Below, piece after piece: positions 11,701 to 21,134 of a stretch of DNA of 64,000 bases. Source of the DNA: Guillardia theta CCMP2712 (taxonomy: Eukaryota > Protista > Cryptophyta); assembly GCF_000315625.1 (NCBI RefSeq), contig NW_005434665.1:426882-490881 (forward strand). The letters run 5' to 3'. Under the pieces are notes generated by a model, which was given only the letters and a program-made list of their open reading frames with translations, was not told the origin of the DNA and did not search any database. A program made the position numbers and the translations under genes. Numbering within the stretch: the stretch's first letter is position 1; every line of letters begins with the position of its first letter.

Positions 11701-13011
11701 CTTCCTCAGTCTTCCAGCTCGGAAACACGCCCACAGCTGCTGGAAGGATTGTTCCGTCGGGCAGATAGGCTTCTATCACCATGGCCCTTCCGGAGAACCA
11801 GCGGTGGCCGAAGGTACAGAAGTTCTAGGAGGTCGAGTCAGCGACCAGGGGCGAGAGGAAGGAGGAGCAAGCATCACAGTTACCTGACCGAGCAGCCGCA
11901 GCCCGCACTGCTGGACCAGGTGGAGTACCGTTCCGTTGGCGAAGAAAGTCCGTCGGAACACAACCTTGGAGTCATCGGGAACTTCGGGCAAGGGAGGCTC
12001 TGCGACAAACACGCTGCCTTTGTTGAGCTTGACGTACTCCGACATCCAGGATGGAAGCACCTTGAAAGAGTCCTTGTAGTCTTGCCACGAACCGAGCTCA
12101 ATCTGTTGGCGGGCGTCGTAGATCACGTCGAGGGTAGCGCTAATGTTGTACTCCGTTTCCAGCTTAGCTTGCAGCTCCTTGGCAGTCAGACGGTCACCTC
12201 GGCCGCTTCCTCCCACGTCGTCGGACTCCATGGTCTCCACCAGGGAGCGGAAGGACTTGTTCTGCAACAGGAAGGAGGTAGTGGCCTTGGCTCGCGACTC
12301 GCACACTGTCGCATCGTGGCACATGTTGCTCCTCTTCGCATCGATCCAGAAGAAGGAATCGGCGGGATCCATAGTCCGCTTCTTCCTGATCAGCAGGAAG
12401 TACTTACACTCTGGGGAGGTACACCTGATGTTGTATCCCCGCATGCCGTGCATGCCGGTCACGTGGCTGGCCACTTGCCTGTTGCCATGCTTCATATTGA
12501 TCTCCTTGATATAGGCGGTGCAGTCCGGCCTCCGTTTCCACTTGCGACCCTGAAAGAAGGCAGCGTGATCGAGCGTTTCTGTCGAACTCTCCTCCCGCTG
12601 CTGCGCTTCCTCGAGCGGGTTTCTCTGCTGCTCCGAGTATCTCCTCTGCAAGACCTCCGTGCCGGAAGGCGGGTCCTCGTCCAACACTAAAACGTCCGAA
12701 CTGTCATCATCATCCGTATCCTTTGCGATGCTTTGGTGGGTCTGACCTTCCAGTCCCGCTTGCTGACCCCTGTCAGCGTCGATGGTGGCTTGCATGTCTC
12801 TGCGACGGACATTCGACGGCACAATGGTCCGATACAAACGTGCGACGGGGTCACCTATCCCTTCCTCCGGCGAGTACTTCCAGCAGCACTGGGCATATCC
12901 ATGCTCGATCAACCCGATGATCGGCATCGTCGCTTCTATACACAACTCCTCGCGCAGGCGGGCGACCATCACATGTAGATGCGGCACCTCCTCCTGCTCA
13001 GCCGCCTCCAT
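8760..13011 (-). mobile_element. Mutator/MULE-derived gene: WRKY-GCM1-type Zn finger + MULE transposase + SWIM + CCHC knuckle + Ulp1 (peptidase C48) SUMO protease in one spliced reading frame
   Basis: CTSPECKYFL...HDATVC; TILTDRGSGILEGVEKSLPHADVVYCGRHL; SWIM CSCTHWQLTTRPCSHAIA; CSKCGYVGHNARTC; WLKDQIIDAYL, STHFFTKL, IPVNV...HWSMIVVD, IR|LYDS, |IPMQQDSCSCGIF. No TIR or TSD found by eye. Confidence 0.9.
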
Positions 13012-13349
13012 GGCAGATTTGAGGAGCCCTAAAAACTAACAGGAATATTATGAAGCTGCAGTACAACGAGCCAGTACCGCATAGTGTATTTATCCCCTAC
13101 TACCTCTAATCTTGTACCGCACTTATTTAATTACCCTCCAAAACAGTTACAAGCCGTTTCAAAACGTCTTCCTTCCAATCTCGATTCCCCACTAGATTTA
13201 CTCAAAGTTAAGTTAAAGATCAGTACGAGGACCAACAATCGTCCTGACCCCTGACTTGAGTAATAATTCAACGGAGAATCCCGAGTCACCGCCCTCCAAC
13301 CCACGGGCCTCGGAGCAAAAGATATTTTCCGGCCGGAGGTACATTTCTT

Positions 13350-14064
13350 TTATACCTTTATATATTTTATACTCACTTTTTTGGAGCTCATGTGCGCATG
13401 TGCCCCGGAAGGCCCATGACTCAAAATCTCGCCGATAGGGACCCCCTCATCTCCCTTTGACCACCCCCATGTTTTATAGGCTCGGAACATAGGCTCCGCA
13501 CGGAGCCTCCGGGCAATGGTGCTAAAAGCAATGCGCCGTGCCATCGGGCGATATTTCGGAAATGGCCGGTTCCTGCTCGACTGACAACCCCAGGGGTCGT
13601 CAAACTCGTAGGTTATTAGTGGGGTGGTAACTTCTTCGGGAGGCGGCCGAAACAGAACGTTTCGGTTGACCCCTGTAGTCACAAGCGGATGAATCCGAAA
13701 AAGGAGATATTCGATACCCAGGTACAGAAAACAGAAAATCGATTTTAAACATTTTCCTCCGGTACTATGAGTTTTACTCAAGTAATCCTGTTCTTGTCTT
13801 GGAATTATTTCAAATTATTCATGATAGTTTCAATTGTTCCAGCGAACAAACCTGACTTTTCTCCGAATACTGATGCTACAGTGACGTGATTTGCTGACGC
13901 ACCACAAGATATGATCATTATAATCCTCTACCGAGACTCCGAAGACACCTACCCCACCCATTCTGTCCTGATGTTTGCTGTACAGAGACCTCCTTCAAAT
14001 GGCGATAGATCTATGATATGGCAAATCATGTACTTCCTTCAATTATGAAATATCTGACCTCCAT
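13350..14064 (-). CDS. Possible small spliced ORF (MEIYRHLKEVSVQQTSGQNGWASVFGESQDYLSKTH...) upstream of the MULE gene
   Basis: Three GT-AG introns (14011-14058, 13876-13952, 13788-13851) keep frame with the 13350-13781 ORF. No homology recognised. Confidence 0.25.
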
Positions 14065-14159
14065 TGTTCTTTCAACGCTGTGTCCCCAATGAACGTCAGG
14101 AGGGGTACCAAACATGTTTGAAATCAAGGGCATCGGATGCTCCGATTGCCCTACCATGA

Positions 14160-14625
14160 AAAGTACCTACCTGCGGACCCTTTCCCCTTGTCTACCCGTA
14201 CTTATCAGTCTAAATACCCCACCCTAATCACCAAGATTCCACTACCACCCCGTACCTTTGAAAAATCACGATTTTTTTAACTTATCACCTCTCATTTGGA
14301 AGTTTGACGACTACCCCCACCCTCAACGACGCAAAAACACCCCTGTCCACCCCACCCTCGGAAAATCTTGGTACCGCACCCTCTCATGTCAGCGTATCGT
14401 GCTGTTTACCACACGAAATGACCACCCACCCCTTGACACCCACTTAGTATGATCGTGTGCTTCCAAGACACCCCCACCACCTCTTGTGTGATATCCATCT
14501 TTTGGACCCACCCCTCATCGTGATATCCACCATGTCTCTCAATATCCGTACCCTACCCGTTTCTATCCTCCCTATTGACTTCCATCTGTACCCCAACCCC
14601 TTCCTACCCTGCCCCCGTCCCCCCT
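14160..14625 (-). promoter_or_regulatory. (T/C)ACCC-rich block (GGGT-rich on minus strand) in a divergent intergenic region
   Basis: Dense TACCC/CACCC words; same class recurs upstream of other genes. Confidence 0.45.
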
Positions 14626-14813
14626 TCCCGCCCTGCGTGCACTCGCATACCTGTCCTTGCTCCTCCTCCTCCTCCTCCTCCTCCTCCTCCTCCTCCTCCT
14701 CCTCCTCCTCCTCCTGCTCCTGCTCCTGCGCCGCTGGACCTTCAATATCCCGTCTTCTCCATTCCAGCCTCGTATCTGTGCGGCGAGGTTCTCTCGGCGG
14801 GTATTTTGCGATC

Positions 14814-17693
14814 ATGTCTCCTGCAAAGAAGCAGCGAACGGAGCAAGCTGAGGAGCTGGCATCTTCTGAAGGATCGTATTCCTCTTCGCCCATGTACGAA
14901 GATGAGGGAGAGGAGTCTTTTCCGATGGCGGCAGAGAGTGGGGAGCGAGTGCCGTTTTTCCACCGGTCACCCTCATCTCCGGAACAACAGGCTGCCTCAC
15001 AATCTCCTGTGGAATGGGAATCGCACAAAAGAGATGTTGCGTTTGATCAGGCGACTAAAGTAGAGGACGTGGGAACAGCTCACGTCAGTGACTTTGCAAG
15101 CGATGATCCTAGTGTGAAGGACCAGCAGTTTCCGCTCCTCCGCAATTGTTTTGACTCGTTTGATGAGTTTGACTTCAGTTTTAGTGATGATCTCGAGAGA
15201 ATGCTGGCGTTTGCTCTTGGCACGCATTCGAGAGCAGGAAACAACTCTTTTGTACGACTTCTTAACAGCAATGTGCTGCAAATGATTCTATGCTGCGAGC
15301 TCACGATTGGTCCAACAAGATATTACAAAACTCTCAGGAGTGCTTTGTCGTGTGGGTCAGCGAAGTGCGCAGCTTTGGTCAAAATCTATGTTGATCCCGG
15401 TCTGCACATGCTGGAGGCGGAGGCAGAGGTCAAAGAGCCAACTCGTCTCATCATTCGGAGTCTGGCGCCACCTGAAGCGTCAGGAGAGAAAACAGTGTTC
15501 TCTAGCTTGCAGGGTCGGCCGCTTCTGCGAGTGTCATGTTCCGATGCTAAGGTGCACGTCAGCGATGTAGACTTTATCTTCAGACACGATGGACCTTCTA
15601 CCACGGACTTGAAGCAGAGGTGTATTTGGGTTACAGAGGGCAAGCTGTTGCTACAGCGCTGTGGCATCACCTCGGATACTGGGATTGGAATCTGTGTTCT
15701 GAGGAGTGGCGTGGTTCGAGTTGATCAATGCGAGATTTCAAACTGTGGGTTTGTTGGTATCGCATCCGCGCAGGGGGGGGTTGCAGAAATCGTGAACAGG
15801 TGTAAGATTTCGGGCAACAGACATTTTGGTGTCCTTGCAACCGACTCAGGATCTTCGTCGATGATACAAGATAGTGAATTCACTGGCAATGGTACTTATG
15901 GTATCGGTGTTGGGGCAGGGGGGCAGCTCAAGGCTTTGAACTGTGAGATTTCGAACAATCAAGTTGGAATAATTTCGAAAGGCTTCGGTTCGCATGTAAG
16001 CCTTCGTGATTGCAAGATAAACAGGAATAGTAGAATCGGTGTCGGCGTCAGGGAAGGTGCATCAGCCATGGTGCAAGGCTGCCAAATGCAAAGGAATCTG
16101 TATGGTGCTTGTGTTTCGAACTACGAGTCAATCATTTCATTGCACAAGAGTGATTTGAGCGAGAACCTTACTCATGGACTTGGTGCAAGCGATGGTGGGA
16201 CTGCGGAAGCATTCTTTTGCACGATGCAGGGCAACCAAGTTGGTGTGGTTTCAAAGGGTCAGGGCTCAACAGTTCTGCTTAATTCATCCAAAGCAAACAA
16301 AAATCTTCGGATTGGTGTTGGCATTCGTGAAGCTGGCAAGGCAAAGTGTGTCCAGTGTGAGATGGTTGAGAACCAGTATGGGGTCTGTGCATTGAATTAT
16401 GGCGCATCAGTGTCCTTATTGAAATGTGTAGCAAGCCAGAATGAGCGCTATGGTCTGTCATCCAGTGATGGGGGGTTTGTCCAAGCAACAGATTGCCTCT
16501 TCGAGAACAATTTACAACTTGGTATTGGTGCATGGCATTCGGAGTCGCGGGTAGTTCTGGTCAGGTGTACAGCAAGAAGGAATGGTCGCACCGGACTTGC
16601 ATCAAGAGTCGGAAGTAACGTTGTAGCAACAGATTGTGCTTTCAATTCGAATCAACAATTTGGGGTGTATGTGTCTGGGGAAAGCTCTGTAATCACTTTG
16701 AAGAATTGTGCAGCAAACTCAAACGGACTGTATGGAGTCGGTTGTAGTGAGGGCGGTCTTGCACAGGCAGCAGATACGGTGCTGGACAAGAATCAGCAGG
16801 CAGGTGTGGTGGCGAAGGATGCCGGGTCTGCCGTAGCCCTAAGAAATTGCAATGCCAGCTCAAATGGTCGCATTGGTGTTGCTGCGATAGTTGGAGGGCA
16901 TGTCGAAGCCGTTGGTTGCACTTTAAAACACAACGAAAGGGTTGGTATTGGGGCTTGGCATGCAGGCTCAAAGGTCACTCTATTGAAGAGCGAGGCTTCT
17001 GAGAACGGAGCAACAGGAATCAGTGCGATCGATGGTGGTGTGTTGCGTGCTGTGGAATGCAGCGTCATTGCGAACAGGAGAGTTGGGGTGGTTGCAAGGG
17101 ATGGAAATTCAGTGATTTCGATGCACAAATGCATTTCGAACAGGAATGGTCGGATAGGTGCAGGTGCGAGAGGGCAGGGAAGTATCGAAGCTGTCGAATG
17201 CTTTCTCAGCGACAACGTCCAATCCGGCGTGGTTGCTCAAGACGAGGGATCAAAAGTAGCGCTGGTACAATGTTCTTTGGAAGGGAATGGCAGCTTTGGC
17301 ATTTCAGTTCGCTCTGGTGGACTTGCTGAGATGGTGAGCTGCATGATTCGAAACAACATGTGTGCAGGAGCGTACGCTTGCCATGTTAACTCACGTGTTG
17401 CAATGTGGTGGTGCAACACTCTCGACAACGGTCCTACCGTACTGAACTCCCGGGATGGCTGTGTGGTCAAGATTTTTGATTCTCCGTTACAAGGCAGCTA
17501 CAAGGTGATTCAAGATACCCCATGCGACATGGAAGGTGCTGCGTCTCTGGGATGTCAAAGCAGCGTGGTCGACCTCGCGTACCCTGAGTTTGTCCATTCT
17601 TACCAGATCTCCGGCAAGTCTCATTCCAAGTTGATATATGACGCGTTCTTCCGAATACTGCAAGAGAATTTTCAACGCGTGGGTGTCAAGTAG
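14814..17693 (+). CDS. Intronless right-handed parallel beta-helix (pectin-lyase-like) repeat protein with an N-terminal F-box-like segment (FBXO11-like architecture)
   Basis: 959-aa open frame from MSPAKKQR. Contains long C-x4-N-x3-G repeats with about 23/46-aa period and the helical segment LERMLAFALGTHSRAGNNSFVRLLNSNVLQMIL. Confidence 0.85.
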   Translation: MSPAKKQRTEQAEELASSEGSYSSSPMYEDEGEESFPMAAESGERVPFFHRSPSSPEQQAASQSPVEWESHKRDVAFDQATKVEDVGTAHVSDFASDDPSVKDQQFPLLRNCFDSFDEFDFSFSDDLERMLAFALGTHSRAGNNSFVRLLNSNVLQMILCCELTIGPTRYYKTLRSALSCGSAKCAALVKIYVDPGLHMLEAEAEVKEPTRLIIRSLAPPEASGEKTVFSSLQGRPLLRVSCSDAKVHVSDVDFIFRHDGPSTTDLKQRCIWVTEGKLLLQRCGITSDTGIGICVLRSGVVRVDQCEISNCGFVGIASAQGGVAEIVNRCKISGNRHFGVLATDSGSSSMIQDSEFTGNGTYGIGVGAGGQLKALNCEISNNQVGIISKGFGSHVSLRDCKINRNSRIGVGVREGASAMVQGCQMQRNLYGACVSNYESIISLHKSDLSENLTHGLGASDGGTAEAFFCTMQGNQVGVVSKGQGSTVLLNSSKANKNLRIGVGIREAGKAKCVQCEMVENQYGVCALNYGASVSLLKCVASQNERYGLSSSDGGFVQATDCLFENNLQLGIGAWHSESRVVLVRCTARRNGRTGLASRVGSNVVATDCAFNSNQQFGVYVSGESSVITLKNCAANSNGLYGVGCSEGGLAQAADTVLDKNQQAGVVAKDAGSAVALRNCNASSNGRIGVAAIVGGHVEAVGCTLKHNERVGIGAWHAGSKVTLLKSEASENGATGISAIDGGVLRAVECSVIANRRVGVVARDGNSVISMHKCISNRNGRIGAGARGQGSIEAVECFLSDNVQSGVVAQDEGSKVALVQCSLEGNGSFGISVRSGGLAEMVSCMIRNNMCAGAYACHVNSRVAMWWCNTLDNGPTVLNSRDGCVVKIFDSPLQGSYKVIQDTPCDMEGAASLGCQSSVVDLAYPEFVHSYQISGKSHSKLIYDAFFRILQENFQRVGVK

Positions 17694-17799
17694 TTAAGAT
17701 AGTTGAGAATTAATTCTTCATAAATTCTTTCTGGAGCTTCACGATTGGCAACCCTTCAATGAACTACGCTTTATCAGTTGCTTAATGGCTGCATGTCAT

Positions 17800-18125
17800 T
17801 GCTCGGCCTGAGGCGGCGGCGCTTCAAGTCTCTCAGAGTCTGGCCGCCCAGTGAGGCCGCACGCGGCCGACGACACGGCGGCGGGCCGCTGCCGGCCGGG
17901 CCGGCGGGCCGGCGCGCAGCCCGGATCATAGGCAGTGGGCCGCTTTTACTCTCCATAGAACTTGTGACTTGGCATCAAGCCCCGGGCCGCTCGGACAGCC
18001 GCTCAGGGCCGGGCCGCACTGTAGTCGGACCAACCGGCCGTTTACTCAACCGGCAGTACTCCCAAGTTGCCAGTGACGGTCAGAGTGACGGTCCCGGGCC
18101 GGCGCGGATGTTCGCACCGGTCGAA
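17800..18125. repeat. GC-rich intergenic island (CGGCCG/GGGCCCGG/AGTGAC words)
   Basis: Abrupt composition shift; vocabulary shared with other islands in the window. Confidence 0.6.
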
Positions 18126-18134
18126 TCTCACAAA

Positions 18135-18485
18135 TGGTGGGGTAGTTTCGGGCCTAGAAGGTGGGGTGATCGCCACCATTTACGAGAGTAGGGTGAATAA
18201 ATGATCATATGGGGGGTAGTGGGGAAGGAGGGGGTACATAACGGGTACAAGCGGGGATGAGGTCAAAGTCCGATGACTCCTGAGGAACTGCGAAGAGGCA
18301 GTGCGAAGAGCCATTCTGACGAGGGGAACCAAGGGGGTAGGGGTACAAAAGATGGGGTATTTCTTGCAATAACCCGTATTTATGAGGTCCAATATCTCTA
18401 ATAAGTGACGGGTATTATGCATAAAGAGTGGGTGATGGTTGTAAGGTTGCTGTTCCGGGTAGGGTAGGGTTTGAGGGTATAAAAA
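18135..18485 (+). promoter_or_regulatory. GGGT(A/G)-rich block ending in TATAAAA (18478-18484)
   Basis: Read directly; lies just before a putative non-coding exon (donor GTGAGC at 18523). Confidence 0.55.
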
Positions 18486-18773
18486 GAACAGCCAACAGGC
18501 AAAGCTCAACGCGGCCCGACCGGTGAGCATGGACGCTGCAGGATGTGTTGATGCATGGAGACGTACTTTGGGGTTGAGAAGAACAAAGCAACATCATTGA
18601 ATGATCTTGATATGCTCTATGTTATTGCGGCTCATAGATTTTAGAGTTGATGGAGGTGAACTTCACTGTGTTTTATGCATATGTCATGGTTCAGTGTTGT
18701 TTGATTTCAGTGTTGTTTGAAATCTACGTTGTCCATCACTGTAAGATAGCATTACTGACATTTTCCTGCAGAA

Positions 18774-18875
18774 ATGTTCTCCCAGACCAAGCAGCAGACC
18801 TCCCAGCTCTGGATGTGGCGCATGGAGTACCTCCACCACGAGCAGCGTCCCCTCTACTTCGGTGAATGGTTCTAA
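18774..18875 (+). CDS. 33-aa micro-protein MFSQTKQQTSQLWMWRMEYLHHEQRPLYFGEWF
   Basis: ATG sits 2 nt after a CTGAC...CAG acceptor. Codons are nearly all C/G-ending within AT-rich flanks. Upstream TATA-like element. Confidence 0.65.
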   Translation: MFSQTKQQTSQLWMWRMEYLHHEQRPLYFGEWF

Positions 18876-19001
18876 GCAGTGACAGTTGTCTTTCTGCAAT
18901 TGTAGCTATCTCTCATTTTATTCGTTAAAAATGAATAACATTCACTGAGAAATGCATGATGTGAAGTGATGTGCAAAAACTAATGTATACCTCTGTGTTC
19001 A

Positions 19002-20690
19002 CTATTTGCATTTATCTGTTAAACTGGCTGGATACATGCCATCCGCTCCAGAACACAAGTGCAGACTCACTCTTACGAAGGTGTATGCAACGATATAGTT
19101 GTCTGGTACAGTTCTTTCTTTACTCCCAGTAGTTGACACCGCCGCATCTATCATAGAGGCATGCTTGCTCTGGGTCTGACGCATTAGAAATCATCCTCTC
19201 AGCAAAGGGCTTCAGTTCGCCATCATCCTTCCAAACCTGGCAAAAGACAGCGTCACAAGGAACATGCTGTTGGACAGGCATTTGCTCACCTTCGGGTAGT
19301 TATGGGATGCATCGGGAACCCACGACTTGTAGTTGTGAGGGGCAAACCTGCAGGCGTGTCAAGTGAAGCATGCGCACCCGGGAGCCAAACCCTGAAGTAG
19401 CTGCTTCCGAGTACCCACAGACAGCCTGCCATACTCCCATCACTATAGCGTTTCGATGCAGCTGATGGTGAACCGGTCCAGCGGAGGCAAACTGGGGGTC
19501 GTCAGGGTCCATTCCTGGCCTCCACAGGCCCGTGGGTTGCACATAGCTGGTACCATGAGCATGGAGAAGGAAGCGAGAGGAGAGCAGAGAAACAGAGGAG
19601 GACAGGAGGAGGGAGGAACAGGAGGAGGGAGTAGATGCAAGACAAGAAAATTAGTGGGGGAAACGAACCGAACAAGTGCTGCTCACGGTACGGCCGTTCC
19701 TGGGATGGGGGCCATTGCCCGGTAGGTTCCGTTCTTTCTCCTCTCCTCCTCATGAATCGCCTGGAAAAGACATCAGACGAGGGCGAGGTGGTTGCGCACT
19801 TGCCCATTGAGGTTTCTCGGTTTCTTGCAGCAAACGGTCCAACAAAGCACTATGAGTCGCTTGCTTGCTCGGGCCCCTCACCACTACGCTCTCCAGGTAC
19901 TCCTTGCTGATCCCTGTCAACGACAGCGCAGTCAAACATTGCAGGTCAAAGGAGGGTCAAGAGGAGGCCCAACCGAAGTTGGTCATGGTCTGTGAATAAT
20001 TGGTACTTTCGCCGGTCATGCTCCTGTTTAATGCCAGGCTCTGGAGGGCCTCTTGAAGCTCTTTCTTTTCTTCTTCTTCAGCCTTGGACTTAGTCGTATT
20101 GATGAACTCATCAGAATCACTGGAGTCCCAGCTGAAAGTGTCTTGCTTCTCCTTTGCTGGTTCCACAAAGTTCTCTTCGTCGCTACGTTCGTATTCTCCC
20201 TCCTTCCATTCGTGCAACATCCACTTTTCACTCTTGTAGACGTCACTTCCGGCCCCGCGTAATGTCAACGCCCTCGTTACATGAAACGATCTCAAGTGTA
20301 TGCTGAAAGCATCATTCACAAAGATGGCAGAAAGCGACGCTGTGGTAAGAATCAGCGATCGTTTCAGAGCTGCGAGCCTTGCTTACCATAAAATATCAGT
20401 CGACACACTCCAAGGTTCGTCATTGACTTATGTGATTTCTTCAACATTGGTTTGGTTGACCCGAATTTCTTTCACCTAATCCAGCATGCAAGGAAAGAAC
20501 TTCCACTGTCGAACAGGATATCCGGAAACCAACGAGCCTCAAACTAGATCAAGGAGGATGAGAACCCTTTACCTCCTTCGAGCGCACGTTCGAACCTGCT
20601 GTCCTCAGCAACCGTTTGCTTAGCCCTCCGTCCTCTCGCTCTCCATCGCGCTCTTCACCTCAGCTCCGCACACAACCACAACATACGCGG
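19002..20690 (-). CDS. Hypothetical multi-exon protein with an acidic central region
   Basis: Protein-like exons bounded by splice sites: SDVYKSEKWMLHEWKEGEYE..., GISKEYLESVVVRGPSKQATHSALLDRLL, QPTGLWRPGMDPDDPQF. Ends are approximate. Confidence 0.45.
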
Positions 20691-20754
20691 CAGCGATGCA
20701 CCTTCCGGGCTGGAAATGCAACTGAGGGGGGCCTGGTCGAACTTGGGAGACAAG

Positions 20755-20920
20755 CCTGGGTGACGGGCCCGGGGACCGGGCCCCACTGTAGTCCGGGCGG
20801 GCCACCGGGTCGGCAACCCGCGAGGCGGCCTGCAATAATAACTCTCACTGTCAAGTTGCTGGGGTCCGCCTCTATCGCGCAGAATCATTTCGTGCCAATA
20901 GCCAACCGGCCCCGGCGCGA
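20755..20920. repeat. GC-rich intergenic island
   Basis: GGGCCCGGGG, CCGGGCCCC, CACTGT words. Confidence 0.5.
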
Positions 20921-21134
20921 GAGATGATTTCTTTGCTGCCAGCCTGAGTGAATCCATAGAACACTGTGACACCGTATGCCACCGGTGGCAAAATCAAAGA
21001 AATTTGTGCTGGGCAGGAGTTGAAAAGGGCAGCCTGGACAGTCACGATGCCAGCCATGATCACTGAACTTGATTTATGTGGTCATTCGTAAGTTTCTATT
21101 CGCCGTCTGCTAGGCCTGGTGCCCAGCTACAGCG

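Noticed and set aside
14457-14813. N-terminal extension of the 1078-aa ORF
   Set aside because: Non-ATG start running through the ACCC block and a (CCT)n tract; ATG 14814 is more plausible.
20872-21090. Short ORFs on both strands and the palindrome TGCCACCGGTGGCA (20977-20990)
   Set aside because: No start or splice support and no family motif; a single palindrome could be chance.
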